The notes under the pieces were generated by a model, which had not been told where the DNA came from, did no database searches, and worked only from the letters and a program-made list of their open reading frames with translations. A DNA stretch of 64,000 nucleotides from Octopus sinensis (lineage: Eukaryota): the NCBI RefSeq assembly GCF_006345805.1, contig NC_043006.1:31434001-31498000 (forward strand), in the 5' to 3' direction. A program made the position numbers and the translations under genes. Positions within the stretch are counted from its first letter, which is position 1; each line of letters opens with the position of its first letter. Shown in pieces: positions 1-13,940 of this stretch.

Positions 1-210
1 ACTTTGTTATCAAGTGGTAGGGTCTAATTTGAGGGAGATTTACCTATTATTTCGAGCAGGTTGAGCCGTTACATAAGGATTTCTTGCTACGTCCTTAGTC
101 TATCCCTAGAAAGAAATGCATGAACATCACAACGTCTGCTGCACCTAAACACCATCTATATGGATATAAAACTTCGTCGACACAACGATGTACCTCGTAT
201 AGAGCCATGG

Positions 211-400
211 GACGTGTTAGAAATAACAGCCAAATTACCCTTAAATCATGCCCTTCTGACTTAAGAAAAGAGGCTAATACTGGTTTATGTCGTATTAGAT
301 ACACCTAAAAATGCGAGAGACTCACGGCTGGAACGCCGTTAATCATATGACTGTTCGATAAGAGCTGCTATAGGTTGCATCGTCACAGCAACAACAATGG
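211..400 (+). mobile_element. Old SINE-like family D copy (TAGAAATAGCAGCCAAATC core, (ACA)n tail)
   Basis: Core TAGAAATAACAGCCAAATTACCC, then CACGGCTGGAACGCC, ending CAGCAACAACAA. Diverged copies recur at ~16562, 19452, 37186 and 40522, and on the minus strand at ~2780, 17085, 21630, 37370, 41440 and 62040. Confidence 0.55.
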
Positions 401-840
401 CTGGAAGTAAAAGAACAGACAGTTATTGACAGTGACGATGATGATGATGCAAATGATATTTAATATATTTGTAGAACATCGTTATTTCTCTTGGTTGCTG
501 CGGTTTTATTAGGTTACTACCGTGTGTGTGTGGTGTGTGTTGCTCGTATTTAGATTGACAAGGTACCATACCTCTAGCGAGTGGAAAGGTTAATTACTCG
601 AAAACAGAAAGATGAGACCACATGCACGTGCGTAAATAGAACTCAATTTCATGTTATTAAAAGAGTAACAATTTGTGTGTGTGTGTGTGTCCGTGCATAT
701 ACGTATGTATGTTTATCTATACATGTATGCGTATATGCATGTATGTGTGCGTGTATGTATGTATGTAAATACGTAGGTTTGTATGTACGGATGTGAGCAG
801 GTATGTATGAACGTATATATGTGTGTATGTGTGTGTGTGT

Positions 841-874
<34 letters not shown>

Positions 875-1171
875 ATATATGTGTGTGTGTGAGTGTTTGT
901 GTGTGTATGTAGGTGGGTGTGCATGAATCTATGTATGTGCCGATATCCGTACACATCTACAAATATACGTTTTCTGGCATTCGTATACGTTTAAAACCAC
1001 ACGGAGTTACTCGCCAAATACAATATTATTTCATTCTCTCTCACTTTCTCTCTCTCTCTCTCTCGCTCTTTCTTTCTCTCTATCTCTCTCCCTCTCTCCG
1101 TCTCTCTTTCACACACATACATACATCTGTGTGTGCGGGCGGGTATAGGTATGTGTGTATGTGTAAGTACA

Positions 1172-1332
1172 GAGGCGCGTGACTTAGTGTTTAGACTCAC
1201 GACCGTCAAGTTGTGAGTTTAATCCCTGGTTTGGGTGGCACGTTGTGCCTTTAAGCAAGGTATTTTATTGCACATTGCTCCAGTCTACTTTGCCGAACAT
1301 GTGTACTCGTAGCTGAGAAGATCGTTAGCCAC
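1172..1332 (+). mobile_element. tRNA-headed SINE (family C variant), diverged
   Basis: GAGGCGCGTGACTTAGTG A-box-like head, GAGTTTAATCC B-box-like motif, then the GTGCCTTTAAGCAAGGTATTT central domain shared with other copies in the window. Confidence 0.65.
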
Positions 1333-1343
1333 TAAACATGTTT

Positions 1344-1494
1344 TTCTCTCCTTGTTTTTTCTGTGTATCTTTCTGTAGAAGAGCGTAGGCTCGAAACGTA
1401 AGAGACTTTTTCTATTCCTGAGCGTTATACTAATACATCTGTTTGTTTTGTACACCACCTGTCTTCGTCTTTTGTTTTTTTCGTAAACTCTCCC
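1344..1494 (+). mobile_element. Penelope-like (PLE-type) element end carrying a degenerate hammerhead motif
   Basis: Pyrimidine-rich element ending in CCC directly against (TA)n. It contains CTGTAGA-A-GAGC-GTAG-GCTC-GAAAC-GTA. The PLE assignment rests on the known association of this motif with PLE ends. Confidence 0.55.
1368..1405 (+). ncRNA. Minimal type I hammerhead ribozyme-like motif, core mutated (CUGUAGA)
   Basis: Stem I TCTTT(1368-72)/AGAGA(1401-05), stem II GAGC/GCTC, GAAAC, putative GUA cleavage triplet. The conserved A6 is replaced by U. Confidence 0.5.
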
Positions 1495-1521
1495 TATATA
1501 TATATATATATATATATATAT

Positions 1522-1603
<82 letters not shown>
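1495..1603. repeat. Compound microsatellite (TA)n + (TCTA)n
   Basis: Seen directly in the sequence. Confidence 0.95.
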
Positions 1604-1604
<1 letters not shown>

Positions 1605-2142
1605 CTCTGTGCATACACACACACACACACACCTATATATATATGTATGTATATATTTAAATGTGTGTCTGTGCGTGTATAACCCTACATTTTTGTGCTG
1701 TGTTCTGGCATATGTTAAATACTTCCGCTTCTCCGCTTTTAGTAAATAGGATTTTTGTCATTTTTTAAAACTTTTTTTTATTTGTTACGCAGCCACAAAA
1801 TCATTCTTACCTTCCTGGTGTTCAAAGTTTTATTTACAGATTTGATTATCGCATAATTTGCAATATTTGTTGCTTTCGAACTGAAGCAGTATACCATCTG
1901 TCATTGGAATTTTCTGTCTAATCACGATGCATTGATTAATAGATATTATTGATCCCTTATTAAGCGATCTCAATTTTCTATACAAACCTTCAAAACAAGG
2001 AAATGGAGGAAAATGACGCAAGGAGTTTAGTTCTTGATACATTGTTTGAAAAGGAGAAAACGAGATAATTATGGATGAAATACGTTGGTCGATAGAACTA
2101 CTGGCTTCGAATTGAATCTGGCTGCTCAACAATTATGAAATA

Positions 2143-2528
2143 ACTAGCAGTATCGCCCGGCGTTGCTCAGATTTGTAAGGGAAATAACTATAAAGCATTT
2201 TTAGAGAGTTATAGCCAAAAAATAGCAAAAAAATGGAAAAAAAATGATGGTAAATTTTTTTTGAGAGTTAAAAAAGGTGGAGTTGCGTCCCCTAGACGGT
2301 CTGTGGTTTGGGTTTCTGATTCTCGACCCCATGTCGAATTTATCGATTTTTTTCAGAACTGGGGGAACTTTTCAAAATTTTCGCTGCGTTAGTTTTGAAT
2401 TATGACATTGGGCTATGTGTGTGTCAAGTTTCATCAGAATCGGTTGAAAGCCGTGGTCAGAGTGAGGGTACGAGAAAACAGACACACAGAAAACGCACAG
2501 ACAAACTGCCGTTTATATATAGAGAGAT
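2143..2528 (+). mobile_element. Non-autonomous Helitron/Helentron-type element (DINE-1/HINE-like)
   Basis: Starts ACTAGCAGTATCGCCCGGCGTTGCTC, has a subterminal AAGTTTCATCAGAATCGGTTGAAAGCCG block and an ACAGACAC repeat, and ends TTTATATATAGAGAGAT. This matches the architecture of DINE-1/Lep1-type elements as I recall it. Confidence 0.6.
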
Positions 2529-5287
2529 AGAACTAACTTGAGAAACCTTGCTATGATTTTTAGCAAGTCGAGCAGCTCCATTGATTCTCCTTCGTCTGCT
2601 TAAAATTAAGAAGTTGTGCTGACGGTAGTTATAGCTGACAAAGGAAAATGTTTGAATTCAGCATTTTTATTTTATTTGAAACCGAATTAACAATATTTAT
2701 TGTAAACTATTTTGCAACCTTTAGGAAAGGCATGAACAACACTGCACAGGTTTTCATCTTCGATCGACCTCCTGATTAGCATTTGTTGTTTACATCCTGG
2801 TCTCTAACCTGATGGAGTAAATCCAGGGATCAACGGTGTTCCAGTTGTGACCTTCTTGTCTTTTTGTACGTAAAAGATTACATTGATCAAACAACCTCTT
2901 TAAAATGGTAGGACATATGACGAAGACAGGCCTGTTGTTTATTGTAGGTCGAGAGACCACATTGAGATTCCGTTATTGGTTTATTTGATAAAAAGAAGTG
3001 TGTGTGTGTGTGTGTTAGAAGGATAAACAGTCTTTTGACGGAGCTCTAATGACAGTTAATTAAAATTGAGTTTGACATTATGCTGGTGCTATTTATAACA
3101 CCAAAAATACAGGCTTTAATACGGCTGCCAAAAGTTGTACCAAAATGTCGATGGGATATTTTACATATATATATCGTATTATTATCCTATAGACTAATGA
3201 CGATTAAATTTTCGAAATGCCATCTCGAGTCGTAGATCAAATGTATACGCATCCATTTTGTCCACACGCATAAACACACACAACACATTAGTACACAGAC
3301 ACAGCTATATCTGTTTATCCAGCGTTTTGTAATGTATCAATAGATACGCAGTATTCGAGAGTAAGCCGATGAAGTCATGGGTAGAACGCCATCTCATGGT
3401 TCTGGGTCTCCTATGCACAAGCTCTCATAGATTCATAGGTTTGTATTACTTGCAAATAATTTTCAGCCTCACATTCATATATGTGTGTGTGTTTGTGTGT
3501 GTGTGTAAACTGAGGCGGGCAGCCGTGTTGACACAAACATAAGCAATTGGCTTTGGCGTTCCTTTTTTCCCCTTTCCACAAACAGTTCGATATTACAGAA
3601 ATAAATTTATGCAAATTTCATTTTCCCAAAGTTCTTGATGTGAGACCTGTGTTAAAACAGATGTAGTTGCAGCTTGGTGTGGTAATTTGGCCAATAAGAA
3701 AACAGTTAATTATGCTTTACGTCATTTCTGTTGTCTGAAGAGCGGTGATATTCCAGGAGAAACTCTTGGTGTCGACAAGGTCTGTATCGGAGGAATGCTG
3801 GTCTGTTTCAGGCCAGGGACTATCATGAATAACTTCTAGAAATACCTGGCCTGGCAGTGCTACTGAAACGAATACCGGAAGTGGATTTGGTAGACGAAAA
3901 CTAAAAGTCTGTCGTATATATGTATACACACACACACACACACAATCGTAGAAATCAAATAATACACCTCCGAAACGCACCATGCCAGTTTAACGGACAT
4001 ACAGACCCCCACCCATGCGCAGTTTTTCAACTGAAAAACGCGCGCGCGCGTGTTTAAAAACTGTGGCGGATATTTTAAACATGGGTGGGGATGAACGTCT
4101 CAAAATCTAAATATAGAAAAGGCAGTCAATTATGCCTCATGTCATACATTTTGTCTTAAAAAATGATAAGAATACATTGCTTAATATGTCTTAGATACAC
4201 TTCGTCTAAATGCCCAAACGGTCAAAGCTGGCGTGGTTTCGATGGCATGATCCGCTTCGATGAAAGTTAAATAAGTACAAGAACATGAAACCATCTTTTA
4301 CATTTGGAATTTGGAATTTATAATCTGAGGCAGTCAATGGAGATGAACTGGTTGAGTTGTGACCTGCAAGGTTTTTGCAAGACCATCAAAGATGATCTTG
4401 CAAACACTGACTCGACAACAGTCATTCACTATCTGACTGCAGTACTGAAGTGAATTAGGTAAAGCCAAAAATTGAAAATGAATCGCATTGCACAGTGAGT
4501 GCACACCAGCGTAGTTGCTCGCTGTTGCTCCTACAAATATTTATGGAGGACTAAGGGTCTTGCTTTGCCCTCACTTCACCGCTCCTCTTCGTTGTATCAT
4601 CTTTCCGTTTGCTATCCAGGTTTAATGATATCACAGACGAGCGATGACAGACGATCAATGTGCCGTTTGTTTCTCAGAGAAGTCTGTTTTTCTAAAAAGG
4701 CAAATCCTTCTTTTTACCACGACACAATGAATTTATCGAAACTCACCAGACTTACATTACCGTTCTTACTTCTCGAATCGGTAAAACCAACACCGTTAGG
4801 TAGTGAAATTAGAACGGGAAACAAACTGTAATATAAATTCTATTTTTCTTGAATTAGTTTCGGCTCGAGAGCTTCTGCCATGCTGGAGCACCACCGTTAG
4901 CTTTGCTACACTTTCACTACTTGAAACCTCCACTGATATGTGGCATTTGATGACAGAGGGAGTTTGATGTTGCTGCCAGGTGTGTTCATCCGGAAACTTT
5001 AACAGAAGGAATGCTTAACAAATATTTATAAATCAAACGATTTTTCGGGTTCTTCCATTTTACTATCTTCAGAATATTTTCACTAGAAATGCACGCTACA
5101 ATATTATACTGCCTTACGTCACGTCGCCCCACATCACACTACAACACTGATGCACTATTACACCTCCACAATCCTACATTAACCCACAATATTTAATACG
5201 TTACTGTATTACTCAATAGCGCTACACCATACGCGGCAATACTCGATCAGAGTACGCCACAACCTTGCTTTATGTTATACCATAATA

Positions 5288-5372
5288 TTATATTGAATTA
5301 TATATAGGTACATATATATTGAATTATATATAGGTACACAACTTACATTATATTGAATTATATATAGGTACA
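5288..5372. repeat. Three copies of a ~24-bp unit TATATTGAATTATATATAGGTACA
   Basis: Direct tandem-like repetition with short spacers. Confidence 0.8.
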
Positions 5373-5525
5373 GACGTGGCTGTATGATAAGGAGTTTCCT
5401 TCCCAACAATAAGGTTTTGTGTTCAGTCCCACTGCATGGCACATTGGGCAAGTGTCTTCTACTATACCCTCGAGCCGATCAAAGCCTTGTGAATGGATTT
5501 GGTAGGCGGAAACTGAAAGAAAGCC
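5371..5525 (+). mobile_element. SINE family A, 5' half
   Basis: GTGGCTGT head, TTCAGTCCCACTGC, TGGGCAAGTGTCTTCTAC (CORE-like), GGATTTGGTAGGCGGAAACTGAAAGAAGCC. Confidence 0.8.
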
Positions 5526-5557
5526 ATTGCACCGAGACACAGGCGTGTATTATATAT

Positions 5558-5706
5558 GTGGCTGTATGGTAAGAAGCTTGTTTCCCAACCACACGGTTCC
5601 GGGTTCAGTGCCACTGTGTAAGCACATTCTACTATAGCCTCAAGCCGACCAAAGCTTTGTGAGTGGATTTGGTAGACGGAAGTTGAAAGAAGCCCGTCGT
5701 ATATAC

Positions 5707-5746
<40 letters not shown>

Positions 5747-5948
5747 TGTCTGTGTTTGTCCCTCCCAACATCGCTTGACAACCAATGTTGATGTGTTTAC
5801 GTCCCCGTAACTTAGAGGTTCGGCAAAAGAGACCGATAGAATAAGTACTAGGCATACAAAGAATGAGTCCTGGGGTCAATTTCTTCGACTAAAAACCCTT
5901 TAAGGTGGTGCCCCAGCATGGCCGCAATCGAATGACTGAAACAAGAAA

Positions 5949-5951
<3 letters not shown>
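5558..5951 (+). mobile_element. SINE family A, near full length, with internal (TA)/(TG) microsatellite
   Basis: Same head as 5371. The 3' half ends CAGCATGGCCGCAATCGAATGACTGAAACAAG and is followed by (GATA)n to ~5999. Confidence 0.85.
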
Positions 5952-5999
<48 letters not shown>

Positions 6000-7556
6000 T
6001 CCAAGAAACATCAACTCGTGTTAATTACGAAATGGATTTCTGCTTGGTTTCCCTTTTTGAAATTTTAAAATTAAATGAAAATTTTCAAATTTGGTATATT
6101 GATGTAAATTTTCACGCTGAATCTTGTTGTTATTCACTTGTTGCAGAAAAAAAATGTTAGAAAAACTTTCCAGAGTTTTAAAGTTTGATAACTTTTACCC
6201 AATCAGAAAACAGGATTTGGAAGCTTGCATTTTGTGCATGATGATAACATTACGACAACTGATGACAACATTGTGATGACAAAACATTCAAGAATGGAAG
6301 ATTTAATAAGTTTTAATGAGTCGTGTGAAGTGTTGGAAGAGGCATGCAACGTTAAATTGCGAAGAAAGAAGCTATGGTTCAGTTCATGAAACAATCGAAA
6401 CGTTGGAAAAAGCAGCTAAATCTCATCCCAAAGAACACCCGAACGTCATAAAATGAGGAAAGGCATGTTTAATTATGGCAATCCTAGAACCCTCTAAAAC
6501 TGTGAGGCGTTCACCGTTAGAATGCTCCTTTTGATCATGGGCCTTCTCGATCAACCGCATCCTCCTCGTTTTTCAATATCTCCATAAAATACAAAAGTGT
6601 AAACAGACTACACAACAGCTTGGTTTGTTACTATGGAAACAGACACCCATAAGTCTATGGCTTTCCATTAGCTAAAATTACCCAAAATTTGCAAATTGTA
6701 AAAGCTTTTTTACTCTTTTACTTGTTTAAGTCATTTGACTGCGGCCATGCTGGAGCACCACTTTAAATGGGCTGAATACTGGAAGTACTGCAATAACAAG
6801 CCAAGCTGTGACAAAGGCAGAGCAAGCCCCTAACTCTTTGCCTCGTTCTAAAAATCAGTTTAATATCGATGATCCCAAATAGGGACCGTAACAGATATTA
6901 AGCTGATAAGAACGGATATTACACTTTAATCTTAGCCAAACGCTATTAATTTATTATTTATTAAAGGTAAAAATGAAAAATCTCATCCATAATTAGCATA
7001 CAAAACTACATCAATACATCAAATTTGAAATCAATTCGAACAAAATAGAAGGAATTGAAAAGTGAAAGTCAAACAGAAAAGATTCAGATTTGCATATTAT
7101 ATATGTGTGTGTGTGTGTGGTGTGTGTGTGTGTGTGTGTGTGTATGAAGGTAGGATCCAGGAAGTTCAAAAGAGTGGACGGTTTATTTCTCTCTCTTCTA
7201 TCTTTTCTCTTTTCAAAGAAAATATTTCTCCCAGCGTTTTCCTCTCGTTCTGGTCTAACGGCCCTCCATATTTTTTTTCTTTCGGTTTCCTTGTATGTCT
7301 CCACTGTCATGATCTTGTTCCCAGCTTTGACCTTCCATAAAACCTAAATTTTATTTTAGCATTTATGGGAGCAACAGTCTTTGAAGACTCATATTGTCGT
7401 TGAATACTCGAAATGAGAAGTAGATAGACAGCCGACAACTGATGAAGGGTCCTTTCTCTCTGTTTACTTGTCCTGTATTTACGCATTTCATGTTGTTTGC
7501 ACAGTTGGTGACGTCCTGCACTTATCACTTATATATATATATATATTATATATATA

Positions 7557-7602
<46 letters not shown>

Positions 7603-7605
<3 letters not shown>

Positions 7606-7789
7606 CGTTGGCGATTTTTTCCTCCGTCTTCCCTTCTCTGGATCTTTCTTTTTCCTATGTTTCTGACGAAGAGCTCCGCTCGAAACGTTAACCTCCTTCT
7701 TCCCTTCCTTCCTGAGCGTCCAATAATACTATATTTGTTCCACGTCCTCGCGTTCTTGTGTTTTCTCTTTGTGTTTTCATGTTTGGATC

Positions 7790-7792
<3 letters not shown>
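7603..7792 (+). mobile_element. 190-bp PLE-type element with hammerhead motif, embedded in (TA)n
   Basis: Flanked on both sides by (TA)n and contains CTGACGA-A-GAGC-TCC-GCTC-GAAACGTT. Its 3' part recurs at 25919-26013. Confidence 0.6.
7659..7692 (+). ncRNA. Minimal type I hammerhead ribozyme-like motif
   Basis: Intact core CUGACGA (7663-69), 4-bp stem II, GAAA (7682-85), palindromic AACGUU stem III. Stem I is weak in this copy (2 clean bp). Confidence 0.55.
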
Positions 7793-7824
<32 letters not shown>

Positions 7825-8886
7825 GTAAAAGTACACTTGGATAAGTTTCGGCCAACACAAACTCGCATATTTGTTGGTAATCCGATGTAGAACATGAAGT
7901 CCCGAAGTCACGTACGTACACAAACAGACACATTCTCACATACGCACACACGCATGCAAACGCCGCGTTCGCGCGGACGTAGACGATTTTTGTTTATTTC
8001 TGTTCATTTCTTCAATAGACGATTCCGTTAATTTTTTCTCTTTTTCGTCTACATTTCCCTTCCAAGCATTAAAACCGCCCCCGCCCTCCACACACACACC
8101 CTGCAGATTTACAATTTAAAGTTCCTCACACGTGCTTCTTCGAGTGTCATAAGGCAGTTTATTATAGGCTGCTGTCCTCCTCCACCACCACCACTTACTA
8201 CTACTACTACTACTATGTGTGACTACTATTATTACTACTACTACTATGTGTGACTACTAAATAAATTCATCATTTCTCTCACACTACTAAAAACAATTTG
8301 TAGTTGACGACATCAAACTTCTTCCCTTTCCACTCTTTCTCTCCCTCTCTCCCCCTCTCTCTCCCTCTCTCTCTAACAATTCTCTTTCTAAATATCTTTC
8401 CTTAAACCATTCACAATTTTTCTTTCTTTCTCAAGATTTTACAAATTGAGTTTTTTTTTCCCCCTAAATATTTGCTATCTTAAAATATCCGAATGCGATG
8501 TGTGCGCGCGTATGTGTGTGGATGAATGTCTATAAATGCTTGTACTTCAGTATATCTATTGTTTCATTCGCCTGAATCCCTGGTCTCCGGGCATGCTGGG
8601 GCACCACTCTGAAGGGCTTTTTTTTTTCTTTCCTTCTTTTACTTGTACACATGTTTTGTATTATCTTTTTCTTAAGTTTCGTACTTATTCTATCTTTCAC
8701 TTTTGCTGAACCGTTAAGTTACGGGGACAGAAACAAAGACCAAACACACGTGTGCGCCGCGCGCGCACACACACACACACACACATTTAGATACTATTTC
8801 ATTAAATCTGAAAAATCACAAACAATTACTCAGTTTCACGCAACCGTTCTTCAGACAGATGTGATTATATATATATATATATATAT

Positions 8887-9180
8887 AAACAGTACTTGGA
8901 GAAGAAGAACGGAACGAAACGAACGAATCGAATCGAGTCGACGCGAGGGCGCTGTCATACAATAGTGTAATAAATAAAATATATGCATACATACATACAT
9001 ATATGTACGTACCTATATCTACATGTATATATACATGCATATATAAATATATATACGTGAGTACAGGACACCACAAATAGACGTAGAACTCAACGAGAAA
9101 CGAAAACGGAAAAACAAGCATGGAACAAACCATTTTTTTACAACAGAAAAACAGAGTACAAGACAAACTACACAAGGAAA
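8887..9180. mobile_element. (TA)n-embedded repeat related to the 55.2-56.9 kb tandem element
   Basis: Shares GGGCGCTGTCA.ACAATA, ATATGCATACATAC, GTACGTACCTA.ATCTACATGTATATATACATGCATATATAAAT and AGTACAGGACA.CACAA..AGACGTAGAA with 56070-56210. (TA)n lies on both sides. Confidence 0.75.
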
Positions 9181-9212
<32 letters not shown>

Positions 9213-9338
9213 ATAGATTTGATTAAAAAAACTATATCTTCTACTATATGTATTGAACACTCCATTGTCGTTCGTTCGACACTACATGTAATTATATTTG
9301 TATACGCACACACAGATACACACGTGTGTGTGTGTATG

Positions 9339-9422
9339 TATATATATATATTATTATATATATATATTATATATAATATAATATATATATAATATATATT
9401 ATTTATATATATATATATAATT

Positions 9423-9453
<31 letters not shown>

Positions 9454-9474
9454 ATTTTATATATATATATATTT

Positions 9475-9507
<33 letters not shown>

Positions 9508-9539
9508 ATATAATATATAATATATATATATATATATAT

Positions 9540-9584
<45 letters not shown>

Positions 9585-9886
9585 TTATTTATATATATAA
9601 TATATTTAATATATATATATATATTAATATATATTTATATATATATAATATATATTACATTTATATATATATATTATATATATATATATTATAATTATTA
9701 ATATATTTTATATATATAATATATATATATCTATATATAATATTTATATATATATATTTATATTATATATATATATACATTTTATTATATATATTTATAT
9801 ATTAATATATATATCTATACTTTATATATATATATATTTATATATATATATATATATATATAATACATTTATATATATATATATTT

Positions 9887-9919
<33 letters not shown>

Positions 9920-9965
9920 ATATACATTTATATATATATAATATTATTTATATATATATATAGGT

Positions 9966-10043
<78 letters not shown>

Positions 10044-10103
10044 ATAATATATAATATATATATTATATATATATTATTATATAAATATATTATATATATT
10101 ATA

Positions 10104-10142
<39 letters not shown>

Positions 10143-10151
10143 TTATATATT

Positions 10152-10184
<33 letters not shown>

Positions 10185-10193
10185 TTATATATT

Positions 10194-10226
<33 letters not shown>

Positions 10227-10298
10227 TTATTATTTATTATATAATATATATATAATAATATATATATAATATATATAATATATATTTATATATATATT

Positions 10299-10332
<34 letters not shown>

Positions 10333-10451
10333 ATATATATATATTTATATATATATATATATATATTTATTAATATATATATATAATATATATATATTAT
10401 ATTTATATATATATATATAATATATTATATATATATATATTTTATATTATA

Positions 10452-10547
<96 letters not shown>

Positions 10548-10651
10548 CTATATATATAATATAATATATATATTTTATATTATATTTATATATATATAAT
10601 ATATATATAATATATATATATATTTATATATATATATATATATAATATATA

Positions 10652-10702
<51 letters not shown>

Positions 10703-10905
10703 TATATTATATATTTATATATATATATAATATATAATATATATTTATATATATATATAATATATATATATATATTTATAATATATATATATATATATAT
10801 ATTTATTATATATATATATAATATATTATATTATATATATTATATATTTATATATATATAATATATAATATATATATATATATATATTTATAATATATAT
10901 ATATT

Positions 10906-10936
<31 letters not shown>

Positions 10937-10999
10937 ATATTATATATATATATATATTTATATATATATTATATATTTTATATATATATATATAATTTT

Positions 11000-11030
<31 letters not shown>

Positions 11031-11182
11031 ATATTTATATCTATATATATTTATATATATATATATATATTTATATATAATATATATTTATATATATATA
11101 TATTTTAATATAATATATATATATTTATTATATATATATATATTTATATTATATATATATATTTTATATATATATATATTTA

Positions 11183-11213
<31 letters not shown>

Positions 11214-11309
11214 ATTTTATATATATATATTATTTTATATATATATATATATTTAATAATATATATATTATTTATATATATATATATATATTTATTATAT
11301 ATTTATATT

Positions 11310-11340
<31 letters not shown>

Positions 11341-11344
11341 ATAT

Positions 11345-11388
<44 letters not shown>

Positions 11389-11390
11389 AT

Positions 11391-11425
<35 letters not shown>

Positions 11426-11430
11426 CATAT

Positions 11431-11466
<36 letters not shown>

Positions 11467-11532
11467 TTATTTTATATATATATATATATAATATATATTT
11501 ATATATATATATATATATTATATTTATATATT

Positions 11533-11565
<33 letters not shown>

Positions 11566-11780
11566 ATATAATATATATTTATATATATATATATTTTATA
11601 TATATATATATATATATCTTTATATATATTATTTATATATATATATATATATAGATATATTTTATATATATATTATATTATATATATATCTATAATATAT
11701 ATATCTATAATATATTTATATATATATATTTTATATATATATATAATATATATTTATATATATATATATATAATATATAT

Positions 11781-11813
<33 letters not shown>

Positions 11814-12011
11814 ATATATATATTTATATAATATTTATATATTATATATATAATCTATATATATAAAATTATATATATTATTATATATAATATATATATA
11901 TATTTATTATATATAATATATTTTTATATATTATATATATATTTATTTTATATATATATATATTTATATATATATATATATTTATTTATATTATATATAT
12001 ATTTATATATT

Positions 12012-12043
<32 letters not shown>

Positions 12044-12389
12044 ATATATATTGTATATTTATTTATATATATATATATAATTTATAATATTTTATAATAT
12101 ATATATAATATTTATATATTTATATATATATATATCTATATTTATTTATATATATATATATTTATATATTTATATATATATATAATATATTATATATTTA
12201 TATATCTATATATATATATTTATATATATATATATAATAAGTTATATAATATTTATATTATTTATATATATATTATATATATATTTATATATTATATATA
12301 TATATTTAATATATATATCTATATATTTATATATATATTTATTATATATATAATATATAATATTATTTATATATATAAATATATTTATA

Positions 12390-12475
<86 letters not shown>

Positions 12476-12514
12476 ATATATTATATTTATATATTAATTA
12501 TATATATATTTATA

Positions 12515-12558
<44 letters not shown>

Positions 12559-12568
12559 TATATATATT

Positions 12569-12601
<33 letters not shown>

Positions 12602-12661
12602 ATATTTATATATTTTATATATATATTATTATATATATTTTTATATATATATTTATATATT

Positions 12662-12694
<33 letters not shown>

Positions 12695-12781
12695 TTATAT
12701 ATAATATATATAATATATAATATATATTTATATATATATATATATATTTAATATATATATATTATATATTTAATATATATT

Positions 12782-12813
<32 letters not shown>

Positions 12814-12901
12814 ATATATATATAATAATATAATTTAATATATATATATTATATATTTATAATATATATATATATTATATATATATATTTATATATATAT
12901 A

Positions 12902-12947
<46 letters not shown>

Positions 12948-13046
12948 TTATATAATATATATATCTATTTTATATATATAATATATATATATTTATATTA
13001 TATATATATATTTATATATTTATATATATATTATATATTTTATATT

Positions 13047-13078
<32 letters not shown>

Positions 13079-13184
13079 ATATATATTATATATTTTTATA
13101 TATATATATTATATATTTATATATTTATATATATATATATTTATATATATATATATATATATTTAATATATTAATTTATATATT

Positions 13185-13240
<56 letters not shown>

Positions 13241-13372
13241 ATATATATTTTATATATATATATATATATATTTTATATTAGATATTATATATTATATATA
13301 TATATATAATATTTATCTATATATTATATATATTTATATATATATATATATATATTTATTATATATAATATA

Positions 13373-13443
<71 letters not shown>

Positions 13444-13905
13444 ATATTTATATATAATTATATATATATATATAATATTTTATATATATATATATATATA
13501 TTTATATATTATATCTATATATATATTTATATATATTATATATATAATATATTTATATATATATATATATAATATATTTAATATATATATATATATATAT
13601 TTATATATATTATATATATATTTATATCTATATATAATATATATAATATATCTATATATATATTTATATATATATATTATATATTTTCTATATATATATA
13701 TATAATTATTATATATATATATATATTTAATATATATATATATATATTATTATATATTATATAATAATATTTTATCTATATATATATATATTTTATATAT
13801 ATATATATAATATTTATATATATATATATAGATATATTATATATATATTATATATATTTATATATATATATATATATTATTTATATATATATAATATATA
13901 TATTT

Positions 13906-13940
<35 letters not shown>

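Noticed and set aside
6000-6470. Possible transposase relic
   Set aside because: The frames are broken and no diagnostic motif was recognised.
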